Numbered from the whole stretch's first letter, positions 1 to 11,204 are shown. The stretch is DNA of 62,321 nucleotides, filler included, from Globobulimina sp. (GCA_003354225.1; 27 parts of 27 records of this genome joined end to end with filler, not necessarily neighbours in it); one strand, 5' to 3'. Notes: a model not told the origin generated them from the letters alone. Program-made: numbers and translations.

Positions 1-1013
1 AATATTTATAAGTTGCATCGAAATATTCACTTTCATTTTGATAATATTTATGGATTAACTTTGAGATTTGTGCAGGAATAAAAGTGATCAATTTCCCTTT
101 CTTGACAACATTACGAATATCGCCTGATATGGCTAATATAATTTTTATTGCATTTTGCTTCTTCATTTCTTGCATTTTTCGTTTTCGTTCATTATCTTTA
201 TTATCTTGATACTGTTTGTATTTTATAGAAGCATTAGTTAAACTATAATGAGCTTTAACTTTCATCGCAGTGGATAACCATTCCAAGCCTTCATACAAAC
301 CATCCCCAGTCAAAGCACATGAGCCTTGAATATGCCATTTACGAAAGTGAGTAAATTGGTGCAAACCTAACCGGTCAGTCACTTCCTGCACAGACATTGC
401 ATTCGGTAAATCCTGATATAAAAATGTTATTTTTGCAATCTTATGGCATCATTAATATATTATATTATGTAAACATGACCTGTTTATTGGCAAATACTAA
501 GAGCACAGCGTCGCGGAGTTCATCTTCTGCGAACATTCGATGCAATTCCTCCTTGGCGGAACCGTACGAATTACCGGCGCTGTCATCAATTCTTTCTCTG
601 TCATTTGAGTCAACCACGAATATGATGCCTTGAGTGTTTTGATAATAATGTCTGATAATTATATATATCATTTATATATGTTTTTGTATTAAATGTATGC
701 TACATATATACCTCCATAATGGTCTAATTTTATCTCTTCCGCCAACGTCCCACATTGTGAATGAAATATTTTTGTACTCAACAGTTTCTACATTAAATCC
801 TATGGTCGGTATCGTTGTGACTATTTCACCTAATTTTAGCTTGTATAAAATGGTGGTTTTCCCTTCATAGTGTTTCGTATAAAATCTATCAAATTTTATT
901 AGATCAACATAAATATACATGCACGTACCAGGTGCATCAAGTCCAACCAATAGTATTCTAACTTCATGTATACCAAATATATTATCAAGTATTGATGTGA
1001 TGAAAGACGACAT
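1..1013 (-). CDS. ARF: ADP-ribosylation factor-family GTPase, divergent, with C-terminal extension; 4 exons (1013-929, 862-712, 651-480, 412-<1); 3' partial
   Basis: Spliced translation gives [109 protein letters not shown] introns at 863-928, 652-711 and 413-479. The frame stays open to the contig edge. Confidence 0.93.
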
Positions 1014-1104
1014 GATGTCTGAAACGAATTTCTGAAAACAGTGTTGGAAAATTAATTCCATTTCTGCTACGTAACTGAAAAACAGCAAAAACTTAAACTT
1101 GGCA

Positions 1105-2214
1105 ATGCCTTTGTATAACAGTGGTATTTATTGGAATGCGCGTTACTTTGATGAAATGGATTATTTTGATTGGTATTTTTCATATAATGATATACAAGAT
1201 TCAATTGAAACTATTTTACATAAATTATCGCGAATATTCGGATCAATATCACTCAACATTTTAGATTTTGGATGTGGAACTTCCTTATTTTCATTCAACA
1301 TATTTGAACATCATAAGAATGTTAATATTTTAGCTGTTGATGCAAGTAAAAATGGTATCAAATTTATGGATTATAATTATCGTAAAAATCAACAAAATAA
1401 CAATGGCAACAAATTAGAATATAAATGTCAAACTATGCAAAATGTTCCAAACTATGCCAAATATCATTTAATTATTGACAAAGCAACAAGTGACTCCATT
1501 TTATGTGGCGTTTCAGGTTTGGACAAAATAAAAAGAATTATAAATGTAAATATTTACAACTTATTAGCAATGAATGGCATTTATTTATTAATATCGCATT
1601 CGCCAAATCGATATCAATTATTTAAAAGACCAAAATGGGCAATAAATAGAATTAAAATTGAAATTCCATATTTTAAACACAAAAACGACATTCATTATAA
1701 AATAACAAATGATATTAAAAAATATTTAAATGAAAATAATCGTATCTTAGTCAATTATTTACCAACACAACAAATTGATAATTCACAAAAATATCTGGCA
1801 TCAATTCGTGAGTTGGAGCAAAAAAAAAAGCAAAAAAGTCAAAAAGAAAAAGAAAAAAAAAAGGAAAAACCAAAGCAAAAAATTGAAATCAAACCGATTG
1901 TATTTAATTTAAAACAGAAAACAGCTCAGCAATTATTGGAAGAACGAAGGAAACGTAGATTGGAATATGAGGCGACATTAAAAAAAGCAAAGGAAGAATC
2001 TGAGAAATTTCGAAAGAATTTCTTACAAAAAAAACGTTTAAAACTGGATCAAATCAAGAAAAAAGAGGAGGAGTTAAAAAATAAAAAAATTATCATCAAT
2101 GTCGACAATGTGCTAAAAGCGAAAGAAAAGAAAGCAAAACAAAAAGAGGAAGAAAAATATAATAAAATTAATGAAGTATTGGCTGAAGAATCAGATGACG
2201 AATATGGTGGATAT
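1105..2214 (+). CDS. Class I SAM-dependent methyltransferase (EEF1AKMT4/METTL13-N-like) with Lys/Glu-rich coiled-coil tail; 3' partial
   Basis: [11 protein letters not shown]-terminal motif, ILDFGCGTS motif [23 protein letters not shown] at 1105. Confidence 0.8.
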
Positions 2215-2314
2215 NNNNNNNNNNNNNNNNNNNNNNNNNNNNNNNNNNNNNNNNNNNNTTAATTAATTAANNNNNNNNNNNNNNNNNNNNNNNNNNNNNN
2301 NNNNNNNNNNNNNN
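2215..2314. other. Artificial contig spacer N44-TTAATTAATTAA-N44 (first of 26 identical spacers)
   Basis: An identical 100-bp unit with stops in all frames recurs about every 2.31 kb; intervening contig lengths fall steadily from 2214 to 2209 bp. Confidence 0.99.
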
Positions 2315-3077
2315 TATTTAATTTGTTTTCCTCGATATTATCATCATGATTTATCACATCAATGCTTGGGAATAACAATTTGGACATTTCATGATAATTA
2401 ACTGCATCCAATTGGTGTGAATGCCAAATCAAATCCAAATCTAAAGTCGGCACACACATTGATTTGATGTTGTTTTCTTTTGTTATGGTGAGTAAATACA
2501 AAAATTTATAATATCTTTCGATGGATTGTTGCATTTTTTTCTTGTCGATGACTGTTGTTTGTTGGATGGCATTCATTTTATCGATAAATTTCATTTGGCG
2601 AATCACGGCTTGTTTAATGTCATAATTTTGGATGAAATGAGTTGAAGTGATTTGGGATGTGATTTGTTTGAATATTTGTGCGGAAACCGTCGATTTGAGA
2701 TAGTGACGAAATGCATTAAATTTGTTGTTTGTGTACATGTTTTGAAATATTTGAACAGGAATTAATTTGTTAAAAGTTGTCGAGTAATCTTTGAAATATT
2801 GTCTTGGATTTAATGCGTGTACAATCCATAATAATTGTACCTCAATACTTGCTCTTAAAATTGGTATACTTTCAATATCAGCGGCTGTCTGTAACTGGTG
2901 ATGGTAAATTCGAATAAATAATTCATAATTTGCAATGGTGTTGTCATTCAATTCTAATTTAGTTACATTTTTGAGTCTGCTAAAGAATAAGAGTTGATTT
3001 CTTGCAATTTGGGCAACATTCTTGGTGTATGGTTGGATTTTGGATTTGAATTCGTCGAAAGCAGTGTTCTCCGCCAT
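2315..3077 (-). CDS. Glycine-rich domain-containing protein-like (GRDP/DUF1399); 3' partial
   Basis: AVIRQMKFIDKM..IERYYKFLYLL..CVPTLDLDLIWHSHQL..INHDD, plus an upstream half-repeat LLWIVHALNPRQY. Confidence 0.8.
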
Positions 3078-3181
3078 GCTTCAACCAAAGACTTGGACTT
3101 TACAAATACCCAAAAACTTTACTAAAATCTTAATCTCCAGGTTCGGAATAACCATTAACTAATATTTACTTTTAATTGCCA

Positions 3182-4315
3182 ATGAATGTACTGACGGAGA
3201 TTAAGTTAAAACTGGACCAGAATATCAAGTATGTGAACGAATTAACGTATACATCGTTGAAAACAGAGCAAGGCTGCGATTGTCAAAACATCTTTAACCA
3301 TTTGGATGATGTAATTGGATACGCACACATCATGGACATCGAATTGAAATCATTATTCCTTCAAACTTTGACAGAGCGAAACAAAGCAAATAAACTAATC
3401 AATAATATGGAAGCGAAAATAAATAATTTGAATCAGCAGGTCAGCGATTTGAATAAAAGCCGAAATAAAGATTTTTTTAATAATATCAATAAAGTAACTT
3501 ATTGTCTTTTCGATTTAAAAAATATTTTACGCGAATTACAGAAAGCAAACGAGGATAACTCGTCAAATGAGCATAGCTCGGAAAACCAAATTGGAAATCG
3601 TCAGAATAAGAATTTGGTATTAGACTTGAATGGAAGGTGCTGGAATTGCGAGGATCCCGGACATAAATCCTATGACTGTCCATATGCGCTGACTCAGTGT
3701 CCCTTTTGTAGCCATATAGGACATAATACTCCTTACGAATGCAGAATGTATTGGATGGCGAGGCCGGTCATAAAGTTGCATCCCGTAACCGCCACACTTA
3801 CAATCTATAACATCTTTGGAATCCGGACAGAATTTAGAATCAATATAGAGTACATTCCGCAGCATTTGAATTTAAAATCCGTTTTTAAAACCATTGGACT
3901 GAAATATTTTTGGATTATTAATTTAAAAAACAAAAATATGGATGAAAAAATATATGACCATTCGTTTAACATTACGTTGTGTCCGGGAGATCATATTGGC
4001 GTCATTCCAAAGCATGACATATGGAGCGGTGTGAGAGGAAAATGCAAATGTATTGCTTATAATGATGACGATAATAATTCCGATAATACTAATTATAAGA
4101 ACATGAAGTATGGGAATAATATTTTTAAAACAGAATTATGTTTCTTTTATCTGAATGGAGAGCCATGTCCATACCAACCGAATTGTATATTTTCACATGG
4201 TACCACGTTAACGGCACGGAACAAAATGAAGTTTAATAGAACATGTACACCATTGAATGGGCGGTGTTATGAAAGGCTGAATGGGCGGTATTATGAAAGG
4301 CCATTGTTAGCTTGA
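3182..4315 (+). CDS. Coiled-coil protein with two CCHC zinc knuckles and a CCCH zinc finger (putative RNA-binding)
   Basis: CWNCEDPGHKSYDC, CPFCSHIGHNTPYEC, FKTELCFFYLNGEPCPYQPNCIFSH; single exon. Confidence 0.75.
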   Translation: MNVLTEIKLKLDQNIKYVNELTYTSLKTEQGCDCQNIFNHLDDVIGYAHIMDIELKSLFLQTLTERNKANKLINNMEAKINNLNQQVSDLNKSRNKDFFNNINKVTYCLFDLKNILRELQKANEDNSSNEHSSENQIGNRQNKNLVLDLNGRCWNCEDPGHKSYDCPYALTQCPFCSHIGHNTPYECRMYWMARPVIKLHPVTATLTIYNIFGIRTEFRINIEYIPQHLNLKSVFKTIGLKYFWIINLKNKNMDEKIYDHSFNITLCPGDHIGVIPKHDIWSGVRGKCKCIAYNDDDNNSDNTNYKNMKYGNNIFKTELCFFYLNGEPCPYQPNCIFSHGTTLTARNKMKFNRTCTPLNGRCYERLNGRYYERPLLA

Positions 4316-4628
4316 CAATGATTATAATGACTACAATGACGCGTTTATAACTGGTTAAACCCTTTACTCTTAAACCCAAATAGATTAACCCTTATTTAAT
4401 TGTTAAAAAATCATTATTTATTCACAGAATATTCAAAGTGGATTCCGATAGATAAACCACCAGGTCATCGTTTTTTGATGCTCGCATTTTGACTTTAGCA
4501 GTTTGTCTGCAGTTTGAAAAATAACAAANNNNNNNNNNNNNNNNNNNNNNNNNNNNNNNNNNNNNNNNNNNNTTAATTAATTAANNNNNNNNNNNNNNNN
4601 NNNNNNNNNNNNNNNNNNNNNNNNNNNN

Positions 4629-6132
4629 CAGATGAGAATATTCCATATGTAGTTCATCCGGGTGCAGCACCATGGAGTTCGGCAATGGGTCAATGCAATG
4701 CAATTAACAGTAATTTAGCATCCATACATTCAACCACTCAGAATTACCAGTTACGGAATGCAATGGCCGCCGCAGGGACAGGCCAAGTATGGATTGGATT
4801 GAATGATAAGGCTCAAGACTCAGTATATACGTGGGCGTATGCTACGGAATATGGACCATACACTTCACTCACTTATAATTACGCAAATTGGTCGCCAGGA
4901 CAGCCAAACCACGGTAGTTATTGCACTGAATATTGTGGCTGGGGATGTGGCTGCCGATGGGGATGCTGTGGTAGCTGCCAGTGTGTTTCATGGAAAACCC
5001 ATGGAAGAGATGAGGATGCTGTTTATATGCAATCTGATGGATGGTGGGAATATTATCATGAATCTAATGCCAAACCATTTTCATGCTGGAATCCAAATAC
5101 TGCGGGCATTTCATCCTCGATGTTTCAAAATTTATTTGAGTCAATAGAATGTATTAAGGTATATAATTACGAATAAATCCGATAAATGTAATGCGTTTTT
5201 TATAATATATATAGGCAAATCGTGGCCCATTTGTAACATGTACTGATTTCCCACTCTCCAATGTATTATTCGCACAATCAAACTATGAATTTTATTGCGA
5301 ACAAGCTGCAGCTGCCAAGTTGTCTGGTTATGGCAATCCAGCCTGGTTTTTACAAGGAATTACATTTCAAACCGCATCTATTGATGTTGTTAAAGATTTA
5401 TCGGCTGTGGTTTCTTTGCGTTGTTGCATTATTCCAGGCACTATTTATGACAATGAAAATGTCGATTCGTCGCCAGGTGAAATGATTAATATTATTGATG
5501 ATGACATTACAGTTGAAAGTGCATCAAAACTTGCAATTAGAAGTGTTTTGCGAGGAGATGGAAGCTCAATAAATGGCTTTAACTTTGATGACCCAAAGGA
5601 TTACATTCCAATCAATAATCAAAACGAGATTGGCCTGGTAAACTATGATATTTTTACAGATGAAACGGGAGAAAGAACAGCAGGAATAAATATGGATAAA
5701 ATGAAATGTGAGCATGGCTGTAATAGCAGTTTTACTCCAGAATGTTTGGAAGAATTTGATGAGGAGAATCCAAATCCGTTTGTTTCAAAATTTGAATGTG
5801 ATACAGTTTCATATGAGAAAGCTGTTATGGATTATGGACAATGTGAAGTAAATCCAGTGTATCCTGCATTTTTCTATGATTATAATAAGGACAAACATAA
5901 GGATATGATTATAGAACAATTAAGTCCGTATTACATAGAGTTTGGAGGCATAGTCGTCAAAATATGGAATACTTTTTTTATTTTCTTTGCTGTTAAAATT
6001 GGATTTCAATGTTGGTTTGTACTTAGTCAGTTGATTGCGGATAAATGTTGTGATGGCATCCATAAACGACACAAAGTTGAAGTAAATATGGTTCAAGAAA
6101 TAAGAAATGATAATCGTGTTTTTGTAGACTAG
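4629..6132 (+). CDS. C-type lectin-domain single-pass membrane protein; exons <4629-5158 and 5215-6132; 5' partial
   Basis: WSSAMGQC..LASIHS, VWIGLND, NWSPGQPN, KPFSC. A phase-0 GT-AG intron at 5159-5214 joins ORF 4685 to the frame of ORF 5320. C-terminal hydrophobic segment. Confidence 0.8.
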
Positions 6133-6281
6133 TTCTATTTTTTGTATAATAGCAAGATCACTTTATTTTATATATCCCATTATTACGATTGTCTAATATG
6201 TTATATGTTATATTTTTATTAAACTTATTACTTAGTACTCTCCACATTATTAAAAACTTGCTGACGAAAATTAGTCTAATA

Positions 6282-6730
6282 ATGGCAACCAAAACCATGT
6301 TTTGTTTAATTTGTAGCATCGCCATAGCATCGCGCAGTCATTCACCCCAAACTAATCCATATGGTATTAATTGCATTCTTTTGGCATATTAAAAACACAG
6401 ACAAACCCAAATAATGAATATGCAGAGCCGGAGGGGAACATAGCTGAGTCAATAAAACTCGAAAGTATAGATTTACATGAAATGTTACCATACATTGCCG
6501 TTGCAGTTGCAGGAACTTTATGTTTGACACTTGTTGTTGTGTCATTATGTTTTGTTTGTATTGATGTTGGTGATAAAAAGGATATTGATAAAAATGGAGG
6601 CTCTCAATTGCATCAATCGCGAGAAGAATTAATGAGTATAAACCAATATAAATCACAAATGAGTGAATCACAATTAAATGATATCGATGACGATGAGAGT
6701 GTCGATGAAAGCATGCGTTTGGATATCTAG
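6282..6730 (+). CDS. Small type I membrane protein; exons 6282-6363 and 6426-6730
   Basis: Signal-like MATKTMFCLICSIAIAS; GT-AG intron 6364-6425 joins in frame to EPEGNIAES; TM segment IAVAVAGTLCLTLVVVSLCFVCI; acidic tail. Confidence 0.6.
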
Positions 6731-6942
6731 ATATAATTATTTTGTACTTTAATTTTTTGCTATTATTCATGTTTTAATTATTACTATTTTTATACCTTTT
6801 TTTTTCTTAATTTGTTTTTTTTTAATTTGGTTAGATAATTATNNNNNNNNNNNNNNNNNNNNNNNNNNNNNNNNNNNNNNNNNNNNTTAATTAATTAANN
6901 NNNNNNNNNNNNNNNNNNNNNNNNNNNNNNNNNNNNNNNNNN

Positions 6943-8942
6943 CCAATATTTCTTCAACTCCTCGCAACCCACTTCACTGTCAGTCTCACCGCCATTACTA
7001 AAACAACAACAACAAAATATATTGATTATGTTCAACACAATACAACATACCATTGCATTGCTCGAATATAATCATTACCAAACCCATGATCCTTATAAGG
7101 ACAGCCCCAAGCAATCGTTAAATACTCTTGCAATTTGCTAGATTTCTTACATTGCACAGTCTCCGTCACATTCTCATAGCTAAAATACTCCACCTCCGCA
7201 CCTCCATTCTGCCCATTCACCATAGTCTGATTATTGCAATAATACCCGTCATTACAACAAAACATCGTGGCGCCCACCGCATACTCATCAGTTATCCATT
7301 GATCCCGCGCACAGTCAAACGCCTGCACTTTCAAATCAAAATCCGCATAATAACAGCCAGTATCATCCCCAGCGATGGCTAAACACAGTCCCCGAGTATT
7401 GCCACTCGGGAACCACCCGGCCGCAGGCTCTACCTCGTCAGACACACATACCGCGGGTTCGCCATCCTCATATCTCTCGCGTGTCAAATTAAACCAAGCA
7501 CAATGCGAAATTCCTCCACTGCCATACATCCCATCGCCAGCATTCTCATTTAAACTATCAAAATCATCGTATCCTTCCATACAGTATAGATCCTGATCCT
7601 GCGTGGGCGCCATGGTCGGGTTCGGCGTATAGGGACAAAATTCGATTTCGGTTTCATTCAATGCATACGGTGGAGATTTGTTGGCAATATTGGTACAAGT
7701 CCAGGCCCATTCTTCCGCATAGTCCCAATAACTGCACGTGCACTGATAGCAACGTTTGCGCATAAAAGTATTATCAATCGGGTTAAGATTATACTCGTTT
7801 TCTACGTAATGCCGTATAGTATCGGTGGCATTGCTACATGGACAGCGGGGACACTCCCAGCAGCCCCGATCGCCGATTTTCATGCCATCTTTGGGCCATA
7901 CTAACTCATCCATGGATAATTGTTTATCTTTGGTCCAACAACCGGCATATTCTAAATCCTCGCACGACTCTCGTAACACTGCCCAGGTCAAGTCTTCATT
8001 TTGATATTCGCGTTCTTGATAATATACTTGTTCACACACATCATCGTTGTCCGTACCGACATAGCCTACAAATTCACAGTCTTCGTACTGTCCACCATTA
8101 TGATACCAGTCATAATCCGCAGCTCCACGAGCATGCATTATACAGCTACAGACGGTTAGTAATAAGACAGCCATGCATCGATCGCGAGTGGTAAATAACG
8201 CGCTGATTAACACAATTATGCACGAAAAATAGGAAAATATACTGCTGGCCGCGTCGACTACATTTTGATTCTGGATCTCTTCCGCTTCGGCGTCAAAATC
8301 ACAGTCAAAGAAAGTGTCCGCAATGGACACGCCATCGTCTTCATTCTCGGCGCAACTCCAATACTCATACATCGCTTTCAACCGATTGCGATCATCCCTA
8401 CGAGAACTAGACCAAAAATCGTTTTTCCTATATCTCACCATCAAGTCGCCGTCTTTTAGCCCCACTTCGTTGATATATCCAATTTGCAGCCGGGCTGCAT
8501 TACAGTCACAAAAGGTATTATGCTGCCAATATACTTTCAATAACTCGCAATATGACTGCGTGGATTCCGTTTTTTCATATTCTTCGTAGCTTAAGGTATC
8601 GTCGCAAAACGCAGCACGAATAAGATTCTCATCGTCAGTGATTTGGTATAAATTATGCTGTGAAAGTTGACAGCCCATTGTAAAGACTTGATATTCTTTC
8701 ATCCCATCGTGAGACTCACACTCGTCCTCTAAATAATCCTCAATGGTACGATTGTTGCAATTAAAGGCATCGTCGCAACAGGAATACAGCATATTGACTT
8801 TATACGTATCTCCTTTCCATTTAGACTCCATGCAGTCGTACGCAGTCACTGGATAACTAAAGTCCGCTTTGTAACACCCAGCACCGCCTAATAAGTCGCA
8901 TCGATGCGATGGTCCGCAACCCCAACTGCCCTCATGGCCCAC
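6943..8942 (-). CDS. Cys-rich cell-surface protein ORF made of two homologous units in one frame (unit B starts at ATG 8174); partial at both ends
   Basis: Both units share GCY.ADF...V.A(Y/F)DC...W..D.Y.V....CC.D...CNN.T...C.S....EY...GC. After an intron near 7000-7050, unit B continues GCEELKKYW, matching unit A YCELLKVYW. Confidence 0.75.
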
Positions 8943-9579
8943 AACCTAGGCATCTGGCCTTCCAATATGTATGCTCATCAGAGGGTGCTACACCACCTGT
9001 GGTCACTCCGCTGGCACTGCTGGACTAGTGTGGTGTTTGACTCCTGGTTTGATGCCCAGCCTGAAGGCCTCCCCCCGTGCCTTGACATAAAGTGGGCGGC
9101 CCGGGGCGTCCTCGCCCGGTTCACCGCCCTGTTCAACACCTATACTGTTCATGGCCNNNNNNNNNNNNNNNNNNNNNNNNNNNNNNNNNNNNNNNNNNNN
9201 TTAATTAATTAANNNNNNNNNNNNNNNNNNNNNNNNNNNNNNNNNNNNNNNNNNNNCAACTTTTTTTTCTATGCATTTTCATCATTGCATATTTTTCACA
9301 ATTCTGAAAAATAGAAAAAAAATAGTTTTAAAAATAATTAAAAAGTAAAAGAAAAAAGTAAAAAAAAAAAGTGAAATAAAAATGTCAAAAAATAGTGATT
9401 ATGTTTAAATTGGTTCATTGGTTGATATTGAATGCTAACACATTCCGCTCACTCCACGGTGACACTGTTGTGCATAATAAACAAATACGTTCTGTAAACA
9501 AACACTGTAATGATTAGGCTTTTATATTTATTTCATTATTTAAATAAAAAACTTTGAAGCAAGTCATGTTTGAAGCAAG

Positions 9580-11204
9580 TCATTGAATTTGTTCATGTTC
9601 ATTTGGATGTTGATTAACATTTTGATTCTCTTGTAAACCATGTGGAATTGGTAATGGTCTCAATACATTGATATTCATATTTGGTATAGAATCATCTCGA
9701 GGATGTCTGTTTGAAATATAAGGTTGTGGTTTTTGTAAAAATGACCATAATGCAGATCTTGAGGTATATCCTAAAGTTTGGGCTGAAATAGATTCTGCAG
9801 CTTGCCCCCAATATTCACCACCATGTAAGTATAATAATGTAATCAATGCCTCAGAGTTTTTCCTTAAAGCAATATTTTCATTATCATTAACTTCATTTTC
9901 ATCATCATTATCGCATTGCATATTTTCTATTCCTAATTCACTTTCTTTATTTTCCTCAGTATCACCAACTACATTTTCCTGATCATTATCATTATCATTA
10001 CCTATTCCGTCCCATCCATTTGGCTCTTCAGTCAATGCAACACTCGCTGCCGACCTTGTTGCGACAGCACCAACCATTTCACCTAACATCCATTGTGTGA
10101 CTAATTTCTGTATAAATATGTTACATAAAATACACACAAATAACATAAAATACACACTATATCTTTATTTCTTGGCTCTTGGAAATGTGGTGAAAGTTGA
10201 ATCATAACTTCTGGATCACCAACACCTAACAATCTATAATCAAAATAAAAAAATCCAGATATCATATTATTATTTATCATCATGGAATTCCATCTTTTTT
10301 CAATTGCTCTCAAATGAAGGGATTTAACGTGTTTATATACTTCCCAATCTTCTATAAATACTCTAGGCACAGATTTTCCTTTTTGCCAATTTGATAACTG
10401 ACGTTGTGCATCTTCGGAATTAAAATCATGCACATCGTGATACACCACGGAAGCATCTCGTGCATTGCCTATACCTCTGCCTCTACCTCGAGGCCTACCT
10501 CTACCTCGACCTCTACCTCGACCTCTACCTCGACCCCTACCTCGGCCCCTACCTCGACCCCTACCTCGGCCCCTACCTCGACCGCTACCTCTTGCTCTGC
10601 TATTTGTATTTGCATCGTTACGATTTTCATCAGTCGAATTTGAAATATTTCCCGCTGACTCAGTTTCTTCATAATCTTCATCATTTTCACCATGCACCAT
10701 TTCAAATAACAATGTCGAATCTATAATGTATTGCATTGTGTGACGAATCTCATTAATGATTGCACACTTATATGCAATAACATTTTCATATTCTTTATTC
10801 ATAATATTTTTATCATTTGGATCAAACAATGATAAAACACATTCAATATCTACTTGGCTTAATTGATTAATATCAGTTGTATCATATTTATTTATTATTT
10901 CTTTAATTATTTCCGTATTATATCCTCGCGTTGAATGTTCAATAATAAATGCATTTGCTGATACATTTGGTCCATTATAAGTCGCAAATAATTTTGTTCC
11001 TTCTTCACTGAAATCACGGCCCAATAAATTATTCGCAAATATATATTCAATATCTGCTCTGTAAACAAACTGTTGCTGTTTGTGTTTGAGATATTGTATA
11101 TGAGTTGTTTATATATGAGTTGTTTGATTCGACAAAACTTGACAGATTTGTTGATTAAGCAATCGTTTGGATTTGCGCTTTGGTTTATTTTTGCGTTGTG
11201 CCAT
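9580..11204 (-). pseudogene. Basic-N-terminus protein with a long (GR)n tract, interrupted by an in-frame TAA at 11109-11111; intron 10108-10157
   Basis: ATG 11204 gives MAQRKNKPKRKSKR..QTTHI*TTHIQYLK.., continuing in frame into ORF 11024. RG tract at about 10470-10590. The GT-AG intron joins to ORF 9580. Confidence 0.6.

Noticed and set aside
2259..2270. Regularly spaced TTAATTAATTAA palindrome suggesting a CRISPR-like or periodic array
   Set aside because: It is always embedded in N44 flanks, so it is an artificial all-frame-stop linker
10404..10726. Alternative-frame ORFs (PRPL, TSTP, LYLD, VEVG repeats)
   Set aside because: They are shadows of the (GR)n hexamer repeat of the minus-strand gene
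11109..11111. In-frame TAA aligned with Gln, hinting at a ciliate-type genetic code
   Set aside because: Conserved genes here have no internal TAA/TAG and several end in TAA or TAG; a single case is better explained as a nonsense change
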